A stretch of 64,000 nt of DNA from Octopus sinensis (lineage: Eukaryota), in contig NC_043003.1 of the NCBI RefSeq assembly GCF_006345805.1, forward strand, positions 34,720,001 through 34,784,000, in the 5' to 3' direction. Below, piece after piece: positions 1 to 14,747 of this stretch. The position numbers and the translations under genes were made by a program. The notes beneath the pieces were generated by a model. The model searched no databases. It was not told the DNA's origin and saw only the letters and a list, made by a program, of their open reading frames with translations. Within the stretch, counting starts at the first letter, position 1. Each line of letters opens with the position of its first letter.

Positions 1-543
1 TTTCTCTCTCTCTCTCTATATATATATATCTATCTATATATCTATATCTATATCTATATCTCTCTCTATATATACATATATGTGTATATATGTATATGTA
101 TATATGTGTATACATGTCTGTATATTTGCTTATACTTCAGCTAAGAAATTCATGGATTCGTGTTAAACTGATTTTAAAAAAGTAACTATTATTGCTTTAA
201 TTTTGTTTTCACACCATTTAATTACAGTCCATTTGGCTTGATTTCGTAACTATTTCTTTTCTTTAAAGTTGCTTGTATCAATTATCAATAAAAGAATTGT
301 AATTTTTCTTTCTCTTTCATTTACTGTAACTATTAATTAGTATTCGTATTGTCTTCTTTGTTGTTGTTGTTTTTGTTGTTCTTCTTATTATTATTGTAGT
401 AGTAGTAGTAGTAATAGTAGTAGCAGCGGCAGTAGTTTTATGTTATTGATGTTGTTATTAAGTATACTATATTTGTTTTCTTATCTGGATAGCTGTTTCC
501 TTCAGGAAAAGTTTTGAAAGCATTCTAATAATTAAGAAATTAC

Positions 544-574
<31 letters not shown>

Positions 575-1171
575 TGTATGTATGTATGTATGTAAATACA
601 TATATGTAGCCCTTTAGAAAGAATATGCATCTGCCACTCGCTATTAGATAAATATGCAGGAAGTAATGTGGTCAAAAATAAAAATAAAAACAGCAATAGT
701 ATTAAGTGTAACTTTTTAATTATCATTTCTAATATGCTCGGATAAATCTATTGCTATTTTATTATTAGTGAGATATATTTTATGTATATATGTATGTATA
801 TCTGTCCCTCTCTCTCCCTCATTCTTCCTCCTCGACTCTCTCGCTGCTTACACGTGATCAGCGCCTATCTTTCTTTTCTTAACTCGAACTTTTTTCTTTC
901 TTCTCGTTCAGCTACAGGGATAGCACATATTTTTGTCTGTCTCCTGTCAAAGCTTGCTTCTCCAGCGTTCACCACTTCACCTCGTTATGGCTTAACAGCC
1001 CTTACCATTCGTTTTCATTGCTGTTTTTTTTTTTTACCAGCTTTGACCCTCCGCAGATCCCAAATTTTATTTAATTTGCTTTGCGGGAGCAACTGTTTTG
1101 ACAAAGACGCATCTTGTCATTATGCTTGAAATGCAGAGTAGATAAAACAGTGGACAACAGATGAAGGGAGC

Positions 1172-1278
1172 GAGGTTATAGTAGAAGACACTTGTCAAAA
1201 GTGTCACGCAGTGGGATTGAACCCGGAACCATGTGTTTGGGTACTAAGTTTCTTACCACACAGCCATGCCTGCGCCTA
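1172..1278 (-). mobile_element. tRNA-derived SINE (family A), 5' part
   Basis: Reverse complement reads AGGCGCAGGCATGGCTGTGTGGTAAGAAAC...GGTTCCGGGTTCAATCCCACTGCGTGACAC, with A-box- and B-box-like motifs. Homologous to 4524-4645 and 32855-32997 in this window. Confidence 0.8.
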
Positions 1279-1907
1279 TATATATATATATACACATATA
1301 CACCCACTCTCTCTCTCTCACTTACACATACTATCAAACATACACAAACATACACACACATCTTTGGAATTATATTTACTTTTTAGGTGCCCACCTAATG
1401 AAAAAGTACCTAAATTTCATTTCATCATGATAGTAGATATAAAATCTATATATGTGATTCAATAATGTGTATATAAAAAAGACACTGCGTTATTTTAAAT
1501 TTTCAAAATGATATATGTCTTTACGAACTATTGTATATTAATATTGTAACTTCATATATTCGTTATAAGAAACATATAATTACTATATACATAGATCATA
1601 GCAATAACTATAGCAACATTATTATTTAAATTGAAGACCAGCATGCTGTTATACATATAAATAAAAATAAATGCTAAGGTAACTGTAAGCAAATGAATAT
1701 ACTAAATCATAAAATCTAAATTCTAAAATGTGGTGGACTGGTACAATCTTTAGCTTGTAGGGTAATATGTCTTTCGGTATTTGGACAAGACAACTTAAAG
1801 TATTATAATTCTTTTGAGAGTGACATTGTAGTTTCCTTCTTGGAAACTTCGTTGTCACTGTCAATAAACATATAAAGTGTGTATATATGAATGTATTTAT
1901 ATATGTA

Positions 1908-1962
<55 letters not shown>

Positions 1963-3224
1963 ATGTAGGTATGAAAATTCCAGAAGCGTAAGTCGTAACG
2001 TCTTTGATTCTAGAGAATAAGAGGGAAATATCAAATATATTATTGCTGTTGTTGTGGCGGCGGCAGCGGTGATGCTGAGATTCGTAAAGTTAATCAGTTA
2101 GCGAGCTGAACTTGATCTTGTTTATAGCTAATTCCGTTAATATAAGCTGCTAAAATATTTCATAAAGATACGAACATCTAAGTGGAAATTTCCTTTCTGT
2201 TACAAGAGCATGGTCTTTTTACATACGAAATGTTTAATGGCAAGCGCTATGAAGTAAACATTCAACCGTGTGCAAAGCGAAACTATGACTAAGTTCTGAT
2301 TATTTTAGTAGCATAGACTGATAGATTAAGAGTGAAACAGAGACAGAGAGATGGAAAACAAAGAGCGGGACACTGCATATATATGTGTGACAGCGCGCGC
2401 ACACGTGTGTATGTGTGAGTGTTAGTCTGTCTTTGACATGAAGATAGAGAGAATGACTGAGCCGCAGGGGCCGATTGACAGTTATTAAACAAGCTACGCA
2501 TATATCAACATAAACAACAAATATTAATAAAGACAGACGGGTGAAAACATTGGGAAATACAAACTAACAAAACCACGTCTCTAATAGGGAAACGAAAGCA
2601 AAGAAAAATAAACAAAGACGTCGGCAAAATTAGGGCAAACAAAAGATAAAGAAAAAAAATTAACAAATTTAATGAAAGTTTGCACACACACACACAACAC
2701 ACAAGCAAATATATACATATATACACACATGTATAAGTAGGCATGAATTTGTGTGTGTACACAAGTACAGAAACACAAACACACACACACACACACACAC
2801 ATACTATGCAAACCCTCGCATATTCAAGTATGCGTGCATGTTTGTGTGCGTTTATGCGTCAGCGTGTTGTATGATCATGCGTGTACAGTGTATTTGTATA
2901 TGTGTTTGTGTATATACATGCAAGCATACATGTATGTACAGCGTTGACGTAAAGGGCGAAAAATACGGTAAACAAAATAAAAGCAACGCTTATTTACAAA
3001 CAGCTCTAGAACATATGTAAACATGGACGCTATGGTTAGGGGACAAACATGTTAATCGGGTGACAAACACGGTTAAGGCTGTTTAAAGCTTTTCAGTCGG
3101 CTATCTTTCAACCTAACAAAATGTATAAAAAGAAGAGATAGACTGACACGGGTGTAAGACAGCTGACGGATAGGAAAACAACTTAGCAGATTCGCTCATT
3201 TTCTTTCTTTGCTGCTACTGATAG

Positions 3225-3900
3225 TGTAGTTTGTCGTTGTTGTTATTGCTGTTGTCGTTGTGATTACTATACAGCTTGTGGAGATGTTAATGTTGTTGTT
3301 GTTGGAGGTGGTTGCGGTGATAGTAATGGTGGTGTTATAATGAGGATGATGATGATGGCAGTAGCAGAGATTACTGTTGAGCAGCAAGAAGACAACGGTA
3401 ACATCGATGATGATGATGATGATGATGATGGTGATGATGATGGTGATGATGATGGGGATGATGATGATGGTGGTGATGATGGTGATGATGGTGATGTTGG
3501 TGATGATGGTGGTGGGGATGATGGTGATGATGGTGGTGGTGATGATGGTGGTGATGGTAGTGGTGGTGGTGATGGTGGTGGTGGTGGTGACGACGACGAC
3601 GACGACGACGACAACGACAACGACGTTGATATTAACGATAATGATAATAATGACTAATAAGAAATAAAACTGTTGACAATAACTATGGTCTTAACGACAC
3701 CGCTACAGCTACTAATGATGATGATGAGGAGGAGGAGGAGGAAGATGTTAATCAATATGATGATGCTAATGATGATGATCATGATAATACTTATGATAAT
3801 CATTATTACAAAGATGACGATAAAGATGTTGAGGTGATGATGGCAATGATAACGACGATGATGATGATGATGATGATGAAAATGAGGACAATCAATGATG
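3225..3900. repeat. Compound degenerate trinucleotide array (GAT/GGT/GAC/GTT)
   Basis: Directly visible. It produces the poly-D/G, poly-M/V and poly-S/P ORFs in the track. Confidence 0.9.
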
Positions 3901-4313
3901 ATAACGATGACGGTGATGACGGTAATGACGTTGAAGATGAGAAGGTGAAAGGGAGAATAGAGACCCCAGAGTCAAATTTTTGTAGTTATTATCTTGTATA
4001 TTTAAAGGTGGTTGCTCACCATTGAGAACATGCTGCTCTGGAGTGATAGATGTCCATGTGATAAGCCAGTGCTCAGAACCCTTTACAAGGCTCCAAAAAT
4101 AATGGAAGGAATGAAGGTTTCCTCAAACCGGACAGATGTCTCGAATGCTTAGATTCCAATAAAGGCCTCTAAAAAAGCGTCCAAAGTGACTGGTGGTAGA
4201 ATTAAACCTATATAAGCCATAAAAGGATTTGAATTCAGAATGGAGTGAGCTGGAAAGTATATCACAAATTATCGGATCTGATATTGTAAGAATTCCAGGA
4301 TCATCATCCAGGA

Positions 4314-4420
4314 TTGGTACAAATGTTTATCGATCCCGAAAAGTTGATTTCGGCGGGATTTCAATGCAGAACGCTGAGGCATTCTCTAAGATGTTCTAAC
4401 AACCCAACCAAATTACCGCT
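4314..4420 (-). mobile_element. Degenerate SINE remnant (family B)
   Basis: GGTAC..TTTATCGATCCCGAAAAGTTGATTTCGGCGGGATTTCAATGCAGAACG resembles the remnant at 44735-44830 and my recollection of a common octopus SINE. Confidence 0.4.
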
Positions 4421-4523
4421 GGTTCTTAGAGAGAGAAAGAGAGAGGGAGAGAGAACAAGAATTGAGAGTGAACCTGTAGAAGAAAATTAAATTTAAGAAC
4501 TAGGGAATCAGGCATGCTGAAAT

Positions 4524-4645
4524 GTGGAGTGGCTGTGTGGTTAAGAAGCTTGCTTATCAACCAATTGGTCTTGGTTTCAGTCCCACTGCATGGCTCCTTG
4601 ATTAAATACATTCCATCATAAACATGGGCCGACCAAAGCCTTTTC
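4524..4645 (+). mobile_element. tRNA-derived SINE (family A), degenerate
   Basis: GTGGCTGTGTGGTTAAGAAGCTTGCTT...TTCAGTCCCACTGCATGG...GGGCCGACCAAAGCCTT, homologous to 1172-1278. Confidence 0.7.
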
Positions 4646-4774
4646 AATCGATTTAGTACTTGTCATTCTTAAAAAGAAAACTGTTAGTGTAAGAGAAAGA
4701 AACTTGAGTGCTATTTGCAGCAAGCCAAGCGGCTGATCTGATTGCTCCGTCGTTGGCTCTAGATAAAGAGCTGC

Positions 4775-4777
4775 TGC

Positions 4778-4819
<42 letters not shown>

Positions 4820-4902
4820 GGTGGTGGTGGTAGTAGTAATTGTAGTAATAGTGATAGTAGTAGTAGTATAGTAGTAGTAGTGGTGGTGGTGGTGGTGTGG
4901 TG

Positions 4903-4937
<35 letters not shown>

Positions 4938-5095
4938 GGTGGTAGTGATGGTGGTGGTGGTGGTAGTAATAGTAGTAGTAGTAGTAGTAGTAGTAATGGT
5001 AGTAATGGTAGTAGTGGTAGTAGTAGTGGTAGTAGTAGAAGTGATGGAGGTGGTGGTGGTGGCGGCGGCGGTTACAGTGGTGGAAACCGTTTATA
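4775..5095. repeat. (TAG)n/(TGG)n trinucleotide array
   Basis: Directly visible. Confidence 0.9.
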
Positions 5096-5924
5096 ATAAC
5101 AGTTGATGTTGGTTTAGAGGTAATGATGTCGATAAGTGCCGTGGTAGTGTTCAGCGTGTGATAATATATATTTCTGCGGCTGTGTGTGTTCATTTGCTGT
5201 GTTTGTGTGCTTGTGAGACTGTTTACGTAGAGACGAGTGGATGTGTTTGCATGTGTATTGCTTCGGTACCTGCGTTGAAAGCATTTCGTGAAATTTTGCT
5301 AGGTGTGTATGCGTGTCATTGGTGTGCATGCATGACGGAATGAGCGCGTGCATGTGTGGATATATGTGTGTGCACCTCTGTGTGTGTTCTCACTTAAATG
5401 AAAATGTGTTTCAAGAGTGTGTGTATGCGCACGTGTGTGTGTATGTGTGTGTGCGCGCGCGCTTGTGTTTATAAACAGGTATCGAAGTGTGAATGTATGC
5501 ATAGGTACAGTTGAGTGCATAAGTTATCAGTGTGTGTACGTGTGTATGAACAGTGTATAAATATCGTTCTCACGCTATAGTATATATATATTGCTAAGTA
5601 TGTTAGCGTATGTGTGTATATGAATATGCGAATGTGTATGCGCATGTTGGTGTAAAGAGAGAAAGAACTGCATGCTGCTAATAAAACAACTTAATAGTCT
5701 GTTAAGAGATGTGTGAATAAGAAACGGCCATTACTACCGAACTCCTTCATTCTACAATATCATGGCTTCATGTGTACCCGGATGTAAAGCCAGTACCAGT
5801 TATTTCTGCTATTCACATATACGCGTACGCAAACACACGCGCGCGCAAAGAATCAGTCGCCATAACTGTCCACACATTCAGTGTTACTATTCGGCCATGA
5901 TAATCTCAATAAAATCTATCCTTG

Positions 5925-6800
5925 TTACCACCAACGTCACCATCACCACCATGACTGCCATCGAAATTACTGCCACCACTACCAACACCACCATCACTAC
6001 TACCAACACGAGCACTGCCACTACCACTACCACCACTATCACCACAACTTTAACATCACCATCACCAACATCATCATAACCACAGGCACTACTACCACCA
6101 CCACGTTATTATCATCGTCAGTATCTTCACCACTACAACTATTACCAATGTAGCAATCATTTTCGCTATACCACCATCATCGCCTCCAACACCATCACCA
6201 CCACCAAAACTAAACACAACCTTCTCCACCACCACCACCACCACCACCACCACGAGTCTCAACACCATCACCACCACAATGCAATGATTTCACTGACACT
6301 ACCGTTACAACGACTATAATAAGACTATCACCGCTGCACTGCCACCTCTTTCCAATCCAAACCATCCCACTACTTTCAACACCAATCCACTATTAGCACC
6401 ATCTCTCCCACCGCTACAATTTGTAACACTTCTATTTTCTTCCCACCGTTAACTCTGCCAGTTTTCTCCAATGGTGCCGACGACAATGATGACTTGTTCT
6501 AAATATCCCACATTACTGCCATCACGCACCATCCCTCCATTACAAACACTTTCACCGTCTTTAGTCCAAACAACAGGCATCTTAACCTGAATATCAGCAA
6601 TGACCAGAACAAAAGCATCAACAACCAACGCTACCAACACAACCACTACATCTACGACTGCTACGACCACTACGACAAACAACACTAGTAATATTACTTC
6701 CACCTCCAAAACGTTTCTTACACAATCCAGTCCTAACTCAACAATACTCGCCACAACTAACATCAATACCATCATCATCATCATTACAACCAGCCACCAA
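5925..6800. repeat. Degenerate (ACC/ACT/ATC)n low-complexity region
   Basis: Directly visible. It gives Thr-rich, His-rich and Val-rich pseudo-ORFs. Confidence 0.8.
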
Positions 6801-6999
6801 ACTATACAGATAGTTCAGTGACAAGATCATGTTAATAACTACCTCTGATATTTTCGCAGCTATTATTACTATGGCCTCCATCACTGTGATATCCGAAAGC
6901 GGTATTACTGTATCAGAATCATTACTAATACTATGGCTAGAACTGCTAGAGCGCTACTAATATCTTTATCACAATCACTGCAAAATTAAATACAATCCC

Positions 7000-7079
<80 letters not shown>

Positions 7080-8798
7080 TAGTTATTAAATGGATAATGA
7101 CAAAAGGTATCATTCTCGAGACGCCTGCGAGTCCTCTAGTTACCACAAGCGAAACATTTGATTTATTTCGACTGTTATATAACAGAATGTTGTGAAGTTC
7201 ATACCATTCCCAGTGTCTTTAGTGGCGTATATAAAATAGGACGGTTTCAGTCGAAAATCGAAACGTAACCGAAATTTAAGTTCATCGAAAATTAGATCAA
7301 TTGTCCTATGTCTGCTCATATGATGTGGCGAGCATTGCAAATTAAATTCAGATAAGCTCTCATGGAATCCATTTTGTGCCATTGTTAATTTATTCATACA
7401 ACAATACTATATCATTTTCTCCTCTCTTCTTTTTTTTCATATATCATAATAGCATATTTAGAAAATTCAAAATAGGGATTAGTGAAAGGATATTTCATTT
7501 AAATCTTATATCAAAACTAACTCAATATAATTGTAGATTTGGAAAATAGAATATTAAACAAATTCTTAGAAGCAGTACCGACCCATATCATAAGCAATTC
7601 TCTAATCTAGACACCGATTATACCTCCACAACTCGAGGTGATTGTGTTATTGCTTAGAATCAGCGCCGTAACAAAACATAAACGGTACACCAATTTGTGA
7701 CGTTAAAAGGAATCACAATCTTTGTAATATAGTCATATTTAAACAGTCTCGTGAGAAAATTCCTCTCAGAGACAATATGTGTGAAAACACATCTTTGGGC
7801 TATGTATAATGTCATCGAATCTAAGGATGCATACGTGATTGCGTCGTTATGCTTAATCAGCTACGAAAAATGTATCTTCAATCACAGCCCTGTATGAACT
7901 GGACAGCAAATAATACATTTGCTGGCGTATGCAAAGCTTGATCGAGCAGGAATTAATTGATAAAAAGTGCACGAAGCATAGTTTGAATGAAATATACACC
8001 TGTACAATCAATATGTCACGTTCAAGCAGTATATGGAAAGATCTAACGTCGCGCAGAATTTTCTACCAGGAAGATAAGGCGCATAAATCTTTCGGTCTGA
8101 TGATATCATTCCTAACTCGATGATGTGTTTTTATTCATAATCTCTCTGAAGAATATTTTTACAGCAGACTATTTCCACGATGAAAAATTCTTTCCAAATT
8201 CGAGTGTATATAAGATCATGATAAATATGAGTGTGAGCGCAGTTTTCAGTCAACAATGTCTCGTATGCCTCTACTTAACTAGGATTTGTAATCTTGTTTT
8301 TTAGCTCTATAATTATTAGGTTGCTATATAAAAGTTTACTGTGAAATCTATTGCAACAACTTGGGTTGTTTCATCTGTATGTTTATTATGACTAGAGAAT
8401 AACTAATAAGACAGTTTTCTTTTGTATGCGATTGTCTGTCAGAGACAAAAAAAAATATATATTGCAAGCTTCCACTTTGGTATTTATAACGATCCACAAT
8501 GGATGCACTGTATTTTGTAAATGGGTTTGTTCAAATACTTACATCACGGCCAGAGTTGTTCCAGTAAACAAATATTCGCTAAGTCCCATCTGGGGAGTAA
8601 ATTCTCTGACGAGGCTTAGTAAACAAACATTCGTTTCGCTGAAACAACAAAGATGACCAGGTAGTACCAAAAAGGTCAAATTCTGAAACAATTTGTTCCG
8701 AAGCAAAATTACTTAACGAAATAGCCATAACAATATGCATACGGAAACAGAAACGTACATAGATACGTACACATATTCACAAACAAACACACGCGCGT

Positions 8799-8839
<41 letters not shown>

Positions 8840-8968
8840 CACACACATGTAGATAGACAGAAGCAGTTTTTTTTTACCAACCTGTAAACTATTTTGATTT
8901 TTCTTCCATATACACGTTCATGCTTGAACACACAGGCTACTTTGTATCTGATCTTTCACCTACGCTCT

Positions 8969-9004
<36 letters not shown>

Positions 9005-10194
9005 TTCTCTCTCTCTATCACACACACACATGCACACTCATACCTACACACACACACACAAACACACACACGCACACTCATACATACACACACAAGCACA
9101 ATACAGGCACAGACTCATACACAGACAAATACACAAGCGCATGAATACACATACAAGCGCAAACTATTGTCAATTTTTTTTCGACTGTCCATTCTCCAAC
9201 TCAAAGCTGATTGCACTCCGTTTGACTCCCATGTTTTTTTTTCTTACTAGAGTGACTCTCACTTCAATATCCATATATGTGCAACCTTCTACTTGTAAAC
9301 ACCATCTTCAAATACTCAATCCTTCCCCTCATACACGCGAACACGTATACTCACACAGATACACGCACACATTCTTTTCAGTATGTTCTGCCACTATTTT
9401 ACCTTACATCATTCTTTTACAGTAGATAGATATATTTCTTTATTCCCCTTCTGACATCACTACCCTTCAAACTCTCCACCACCTCACTCACTATTCCACT
9501 CCATTTCTTCCGTACACATATAACTCCGCATTCCTTCTCTCTCACCCCCAACGCCTTCTCTCTCTCTCATTGTCTCTCTCTACCTTCATTCCTGTCTCTC
9601 TCTCTCCTCTCTCTCTCTCATTGTCTCTCTCTACCTTCCTTCCTCACTCTCTCTGATTTTCGTCAATTCTCCTACGTACCACACACACACTCTCTTTTAT
9701 ATCATGCCTCATTTGGTTTTCAATTTCTCCATCTTTCATTCTCGTCTAAATCACTGTACACATTTTCATTTTATCTTGTACATTGACACCGTCTTCTTCC
9801 ATCCCAAAACACCACTACATACAATCTATCATTGTCTTTTTCTTTCTCTTTTCATTAATGCACTTTTCTCATATTTTCCTATTCTTCTATCTCTTTTTTT
9901 ACCTTTTCTAATGAAATGGTTCGATTGTTACACACTCACCACCCTTTTTATATACATTGCAATACATTTGCATCACTGTCTATAACAATCTTTGGCACTA
10001 TCTATCTGAATGTCTGTCTGTCAGTCTGTCTGCGTGTCTGTCTGTCAGTCTGTCAGTCTACCTACATAGCAGTATACATACATAGCTCTACCTACCAACC
10101 TAACAAAGTAGCAAGTTGGTCACTCATTTTTGATGTATTTGTTTAAGATTTTCTTTATATTTTTAACAATAATCACATGCGTGTGTGTAATGCA

Positions 10195-10292
<98 letters not shown>

Positions 10293-10299
10293 GATAGAG

Positions 10300-10345
<46 letters not shown>

Positions 10346-10365
10346 ATAGAGAGAGAGAGAGATCG

Positions 10366-10396
<31 letters not shown>

Positions 10397-10427
10397 GATA
10401 GATAGATAGTTAGATAGACAGACAGAC

Positions 10428-10497
<70 letters not shown>

Positions 10498-10510
10498 TTA
10501 CATAGATATA
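10195..10510. repeat. (TA)n followed by (TAGA)n array
   Basis: Directly visible. Confidence 0.95.
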
Positions 10511-10600
10511 GATATCGATATATATATCCTGACAAAACAACGTAATAATTTGATTATAATTTGTTGTTTTGAAATCAATTTCACAATCTATCTTTCTATC

Positions 10601-10635
<35 letters not shown>

Positions 10636-10823
10636 AATCCCTTGTCAGTCTCTCTCTTTCTCTGCCTCTTTTGGTCTCGCACTGAATATTCGCCTCTCTC
10701 CTGATAAAACAATCCAGTTGTTCGTTTCCCATACCTTCTTTCCTACACCTTCTCGCAAAGTTGTATGACATCCCTCTACCTCTTCACTAACTTCCAGATT
10801 CCTCTCTATATCTGGATATACTT

Positions 10824-10860
<37 letters not shown>

Positions 10861-10934
10861 ATTATTGAGAAACACTTCCTCATGTTCTATCTATCTATCT
10901 ATCTATTTATCTATCTATCTAAATATTTGTCTCC

Positions 10935-10966
<32 letters not shown>

Positions 10967-13384
10967 TCATGCAGACATGCGCACACATCACGTATAAATA
11001 ATGATTACAAAAATAAAACACGTCAAGATTGCTAGACAAATAGATGGAACATATTATTAGGGTGTATACACACACACACACACACATACATACACACATA
11101 TATATTAACGCCATGTTCCATCTCTTTTTCTATCGGTTTCTTCATGTTTTATTTTTAAAATTATTTTGTTCCGTAGGTTTCATTATTATTAGTATTATTA
11201 TTATTATTGGTAGTAGTAATTGTTGTATTATAGTGGTAGTAGAAGTAGTATTAGTAGTAGTATCATTATGATTTCGTGTGTGTGTGTGTATGTTTATACA
11301 TATATAAATACATACATCGCACACACACACACACACAACGCCCACCCACACACACACGCACACACACAAACATACACACCACACATATATGTTTTTGTTG
11401 TCTTTAATCTTTATCATGTGTCTGCCATTCCAGAACACGACTCAGTCCACGGTACGCTCGATTAGTTACAAACATCGACTATATTTTTTCTCCTTTCATG
11501 TTTATAATCGTTACACACTCAAGTCCTTCCACACACTCACACTTACCCTCACCATCGACGGCGGCCATTTTACTTCCTTCCTTTCTCATAGTACGTTCAC
11601 ATCCAATTGTTTTTGCCCAGTATTCTTTTTGCAGACTGATACTCTTCTCTACTTAATAATTTCACACATATAGACATTCACACACACACATGTACGTACA
11701 CACACACAACCATACACGCTCACGCACACACACATACAAATATAAACACGGATACACCTATTAAAGCAAAATTTACCAAGATTTACACATTCATTTTCTG
11801 AAACATTCGTAAACACTTCTTATGCACAGTTATTCACACACACACACATATATATATATACATTTATTTTTGACTACTTGAATATCCACTTGCTTCCATA
11901 TATACACATATCGCCATTATACGAAACACGTACATTTAAGCATACATAAATATTTGTACATACATATGTGCATATATGCTCACATTCACAGATTTCGGTT
12001 TACAATCGTATAAGTAGAAAAACGTAATACATATTTTCATGCATGCACAACGTGCACATACATGCATACACATATATACACGTATGTATATGTACGCATG
12101 TATATATATATATATAATATATGTATATATATATACATGTATATATATGTATATATATACATATATATATATAAAATATATAATATTTATATATATACAT
12201 ATATATATAAATATATATATACACATATATATAATAGAAGTGATAATGATATATATATATATATCATTACCACTTCTATTGAAAATCACATACAAACACA
12301 AGCAATCAATTTTATACGACACTTGCCACATATTAGCACACTTGATTCGTGCACAGATTCGTGCGTACGTGCACACACAGAAGTATCGAGTGTGAGAGAG
12401 AAAGAGAGAATGAGTGAAAGAGAGACAGAGACAGAGAGAAAGCGAGAGAGAAAGAGTGTGATGGAGAGAAACGCATGCATAGATATTTCAAAAGTCTAGT
12501 TTTGCATACGAACGTATACAAAACTGACACAAATATACACTTTCATTCGCATCAGACTAGTTCAAACACATGCAAGCACAATCATACATGTATGGTCATA
12601 TGTATGTTGTACGTATGTATTCCCAAACACAAACTCTTAACGCTTATTCACATATATCCTTCCTTCTCCCTTACACACACACATTGATTGAGTTTTTCAA
12701 TTACGTTCCTCTCTCCACATAGTCATCCGTAGAAGTAATTACGCATATGCATACGTATATAATTACAAACACACAGACACACACAAAGACACACACACGC
12801 ACATACACATTCTAACACAAAGCCACTTTCTCACAACAATACATACATCCATTAAATTTCGAGGATATTTTCTTTAGAGAATCACAAGGCTAAAACTCAT
12901 GTGTAACCATGTACAACATATATTGTGAAATACAAGACCATTTGTTCTCACACGTATCCCAGGTTGCGAGTACGCATTAATATACACGCATACACACACA
13001 TGCATACACTCACACGCACATATATATGGTAAATAAATATTAAACAAAATAAAAAATTATAGAAATATATACGTAGACATTTATGAAGAGACACGATAGC
13101 CTATACAACGGTCTACTTTTGCACAAATAAACGTGTACCCCTTCTCTTTGCGACGTATACACGCACACATACATACATGTATACAGGAACAGACACGAGC
13201 AAGCACACACACACATAGGCACGAACGTTGTCCTTACATACACATACACAAATACATACTTGCTCACAAAAAATACATTTGCAAGTAACTATACATATCG
13301 GCCTAGAAAATCACTGAGCAGCAAAACCATTCAAGTGTATGTATATATGCATCGGTATCACTGCCGGTTTCTCTATGTCTTTTC

Positions 13385-13668
13385 TTATGTATGTATGTAT
13401 GTGTGTATATGTATGTGTATGTATGTGTTTGTGTGTGTATGTATGTGTATGTGTGTGTATGTATGTGTAGTGTGTGTATGTATGTGTATGCATATGTGTG
13501 TGTATGTGTGTGTGCATGTGTGTATGTGTGTGTGCATGTGTGCATGTGTGTATGTATGTATGTATGTATGTGTGTATGTGTGTGTGTATGTGTGTATGTG
13601 TGTGTATGTATGTATGTATGTATGTGTATGTATGTATGTATGTATGTATGTATGTATGTATGTATGTA
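13385..13668. repeat. (TATG)n/(TG)n array, probable tail of the adjacent LINE
   Basis: Directly visible. It begins immediately 3' (minus strand) of the LINE end at 13669-13950. Confidence 0.85.
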
Positions 13669-13950
13669 TATCTCTTCTATTTTTAATTATTATAAATCTT
13701 CCACCGAAGAGGAAGTCGATTTCCAACAAAGATACAAGGCTCCATCTTTGGGATGCAGTTAACACAGACAAATTCACATTTGGAACTTGAGAAAATGCTT
13801 GCATATTTTTACTGTTCCACTCACAGACTGGACTTGTAATGTACGCATCAACCGGCCAGTTTCCCTTTCTAAAAATCCTAGTTTATCCAGAGTCTCCTTT
13901 AAGCATTTACTAACAGAAAAACCTAGTACTCCAATTATTATTGTATGTAT
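13669..13950 (-). mobile_element. 3' end of an RLE-type (R4/Dong-like) non-LTR retrotransposon
   Basis: Minus-strand frame IIIGVLGFSVSKCLKETLDKLGFLERETGRLMRTLQVQSVSGTVKICKHFLKFQM* resembles the C-terminal RLE segment (PIIIGALG...LQ.....GT.KI). It is followed by a short 3' UTR and an (ATAC)n tail. Confidence 0.6.
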
Positions 13951-14747
13951 GCATGTATTAATGCATAAATGTATACATATATTAACGTATAAGTGTATGT
14001 ATGTAAGAATGTACACGTGTGTGCATGTGTTCTCTGTGTTATTGCATGTGTGCGCATATACTTATTAAGGTAGATGCAGCCTACAATAAACATACACTAA
14101 AGACAGTCACGTTGCACAAAATATATTCATTAAAGATATCACACGACTTGCCAATACTAAGAAATAAACACAACACACACACACGTACAAACATAGAAAT
14201 TCACACACATATATGTATATCATAGCGTAAAGGCATAGGGACTTTGGATATTATGAGACTCATTTTTCATATATTTTCATGTGTTCAGACTGCTCAGTGT
14301 TGTCTGTTTTGGTATTGTAACTATTCAATTTAGCTTCCGTTTTAAGTGTTTCAGTTTGGTTTCCCCGCCCCTGTTTAGTTTTATTCCATGATGCTGGTGC
14401 ACGTGTGTGTATCTGTTCATATACTCAACAAGTCCAGGAGCTATAGAGAATTAGGGCAACTAATTTGCATACCATAAGTGTTTAACACTTCATTCAATAT
14501 CAGGGTCCAGTCGACGAGGATGTTATTCCAAAAACTATCAAGGTAGGATATAATGTATGTAACCTATGCAGTAGCTATATATAAATAAGGCAAAGATACA
14601 CTAACAAAGTTTTCTTTGAGGTTTTAAAGAAAAAAAAACAATGAAGATACTAAATCTTGGTTGGATAGTGTTGAAGTTCAAGATCTAAAGCCAATCTATG
14701 CCATACATCCGGATGTACAACCATCTGAGGTTGGTTGTATGTGTGGC

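Noticed and set aside
2170-2292. Short protein-like frame EHGLFTYEMFNGKRYEVNIQPCAKRNYD*
   Set aside because: Bounded by stops, weak splice context and no recognisable motif.
3340-3667. Asp/Gly-rich ORF resembling an acidic biomineralisation protein
   Set aside because: All three frames and the opposite strand are equally low-complexity, which is explained by a GAT/GGT array.
3990-4250. Possible L1/Tx1-type C-terminal remnant (LTIENMLLWSDRCP)
   Set aside because: Similarity is too faint to support a call.
6449-6821. Mucin-like Thr-rich ORF and hydrophobic antisense ORF
   Set aside because: Decayed ACN trinucleotide repeat with no signal peptide or splice support.
8600-8670. CTGACGA...GAAAC and similar partial cores at 8093 and 32431
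   Set aside because: Required helices cannot be formed.
14705-14740. Small hairpins here, at 18594-18678 and at 49388-49438
   Set aside because: Stems of 6-12 bp are expected by chance in 64 kb, and there is no supporting context.
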